In this document: positions 62,353-64,000 of the stretch, piece after piece
Position numbering within the stretch: the stretch's first letter is position 1
Layout: each line of letters begins with the position of its first letter
From: Deinococcus sp.
GTDB taxonomy: Bacteria > Deinococcota > Deinococci > Deinococcales > Deinococcaceae
DNA: 64,000 bases
Direction: 5' to 3'
Assembly (NCBI GenBank): GCA_965261005.1
Contig: OZ253375.1
Coordinates: 1,344,001 to 1,408,000, forward strand
The notes under the pieces: model-generated
Database searches by the model: none
The model's input: only the letters and a program-made list of their open reading frames with translations
What the model was told of the DNA's origin: nothing
Translations under genes and position numbers: made by a program

Positions 62353-64000
62353 ATGAGCGAAGACAGGACCAGCGACCAGACCTTTTACGTCACCACCGCC
62401 ATCGACTACCTGACCGGGCCGCCGCACCTCGGGCACGTGTTTGAAAAGGTTTTGGCCGATTCCCTGGCGCGCTACCACCGCCTCGCCGGCTGGGACACCT
62501 ACTTCCTGACCGGCACCGACGAGCACGGCGAGCGCATCGTGAAGCTGGCCCGCGAGCAGGGCAAGACGCCGCAGCAGTTCGCCGACGACCTCTCGAGTGG
62601 CGCCTTCCGCGCGACCTACGACAGGTTGGAGATCAGCTACGACGACTTCATCCGCACCACCGAGACCCGGCACAAGACCTTCGTGCAGCAGATCTTGCAG
62701 CGGGTCTATGACGCGGGCGACATCTACTACGCCGAGTACGAGGGGCTGTACAGCCTGGGCGCCGAGCGCTTCGTGACCGAAAAGGAACTGGTCGGGGGCA
62801 TCCTGCCCGGCGACAAGGAGCCGCCCGAGCTGCGGCGCGAGGCGAACTACTTCTTCCGCATGGAGAAGTACCAAGACTGGCTGCGCGCCCACATCCAGGA
62901 ACACCCGCAGTTCATCCGGCCCGGCGGCTACCGCAACGAGGTGCTGGAAATTCTGCGCGAACCCATCGGCGACCTCTCGATTTCGCGGCCCAAGTCGCGC
63001 GTGCCGTGGGGCATCGAGCTGCCGTGGGACCCGGACCACGTGACCTACGTGTGGTTCGACGCCCTCCTGAATTACGTCTCGGCCCTGGCCGTTTTTCCTA
63101 CAGATGGTGCTGATGGACACCTCTTCGAGCGGTATTGGAAGCGCGCCTGGCACGTGATCGGCAAGGACATTCTCAAGCCGCACGCCGTCTTTTGGCCGAC
63201 CATGCTGCGCGCCGCCGGGTTGCCCCTCTACGACAAGCTGGTGGTCCACGCGCACATCCTGGCCGAGGACGGGCGCAAGATGGGCAAGAGCCTGGGGAAC
63301 GCGATTGACCCGGTCAAGTTGATCGACGACTACGGCCCCGACGCGGTGCGCTACACCCTGCTGCGCGAAACGACCCTGGACCGCGACACCCCTTACGGCG
63401 AGAACATCCTGCGCGCCCGCTTGGAGAGCGACCTCGCCAACGACCTGGGCAACTTGCTGTCGCGCACGGTCAGCATGGTGCAGAAGTACCGGGGCGGCGC
63501 CGTGCCGGCACCCGGCGAGCTTGGCGAACGCGAGCGCGGCATCGAGGTACGGGCGCGGGCCTTGCCGGGCGAGGTCATGCAGCTGGTGCGCGACCTCAAG
63601 GTGAGCCAGGCGCTGGAGTCCAGCATGGAGTTCGTGCGGGGGCTGAACCGCTACATCGCCGAGAGCAAGCCGTGGGACCTCGCCAAGAAAGACGAGACGG
63701 GAGGACAGCTCGACACCAACGGCTCGCCCAGCGAAGCCGGGTCGCGCCTCGACACGGTGCTTTACACGGCGGTGGAGGGCCTGCGGGTGGCGAGCGTCCT
63801 GCTGGAGGCGGCCATCCCCGCCAAGGCCGCCGCGCTGAGGGGGCAACTCGGCCTGAACGAGCAGTACAAGCTGGAGGCCGCCTGGGGCCTGACCCCGCCG
63901 GGAACGCAGGTGGTCGGCGGCCCGGTCCTCTTTCCCAAGACCTACGAGACCAAAGCATCCGAAAGTGAGCCGAACAAAGCCGTGACCGACACCCCCACTC
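62353..64000 (+). CDS. metG: Methionine--tRNA ligase (runs off the window)
   Basis: [44 protein letters not shown]; absent from the ORF track because it has no stop in the window. Confidence 0.96.
   Translation, partial: MSEDRTSDQTFYVTTAIDYLTGPPHLGHVFEKVLADSLARYHRLAGWDTYFLTGTDEHGERIVKLAREQGKTPQQFADDLSSGAFRATYDRLEISYDDFIRTTETRHKTFVQQILQRVYDAGDIYYAEYEGLYSLGAERFVTEKELVGGILPGDKEPPELRREANYFFRMEKYQDWLRAHIQEHPQFIRPGGYRNEVLEILREPIGDLSISRPKSRVPWGIELPWDPDHVTYVWFDALLNYVSALAVFPTDGADGHLFERYWKRAWHVIGKDILKPHAVFWPTMLRAAGLPLYDKLVVHAHILAEDGRKMGKSLGNAIDPVKLIDDYGPDAVRYTLLRETTLDRDTPYGENILRARLESDLANDLGNLLSRTVSMVQKYRGGAVPAPGELGERERGIEVRARALPGEVMQLVRDLKVSQALESSMEFVRGLNRYIAESKPWDLAKKDETGGQLDTNGSPSEAGSRLDTVLYTAVEGLRVASVLLEAAIPAKAAALRGQLGLNEQYKLEAAWGLTPPGTQVVGGPVLFPKTYETKASESEPNKAVTDTPT

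Overview
High-GC chromosomal window that looks like a member of the Deinococcaceae. This is an inference from the fused-dimer HspR, FemAB, RqcH, Deinococcus-type small repeats and many TAnnnT -10 boxes sitting 5-7 nt before start codons (leaderless genes). Most of it is housekeeping: copCD, a dynamin-like GTPase, thyX, htrA/hspR, KirBac, an acyl-CoA carboxylase beta subunit, nth, hisZG, malQ, rqcH, two polar amino-acid ABC loci, menC/NSAR, malK, murJ, sppA, a partial metG and tRNA-Cys, -Val and -Ser. The accessory or unusual parts are: (1) an AbiF/Abi_2 HEPN gene preceded by its own promoter and a short structured, U-terminated RNA, a candidate RNA-antitoxin system; (2) a divergent cbb3-like heme-copper oxidase cluster whose subunit I has Met in place of a conserved low-spin-heme His and whose accessory genes are non-canonical; (3) a solo low-GC TIR gene with an intact IS4-family element directly upstream; (4) a reciprocally decayed nth-glycosyltransferase duplication enclosing a CBM32/alginate-lyase lipoprotein; (5) TA-targeting MITE-like repeats inserted into -10 boxes and stop codons; (6) a leaderless Met-containing leader peptide plus terminator upstream of metG. 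All family calls come from motif recognition by eye; no database searches were run.
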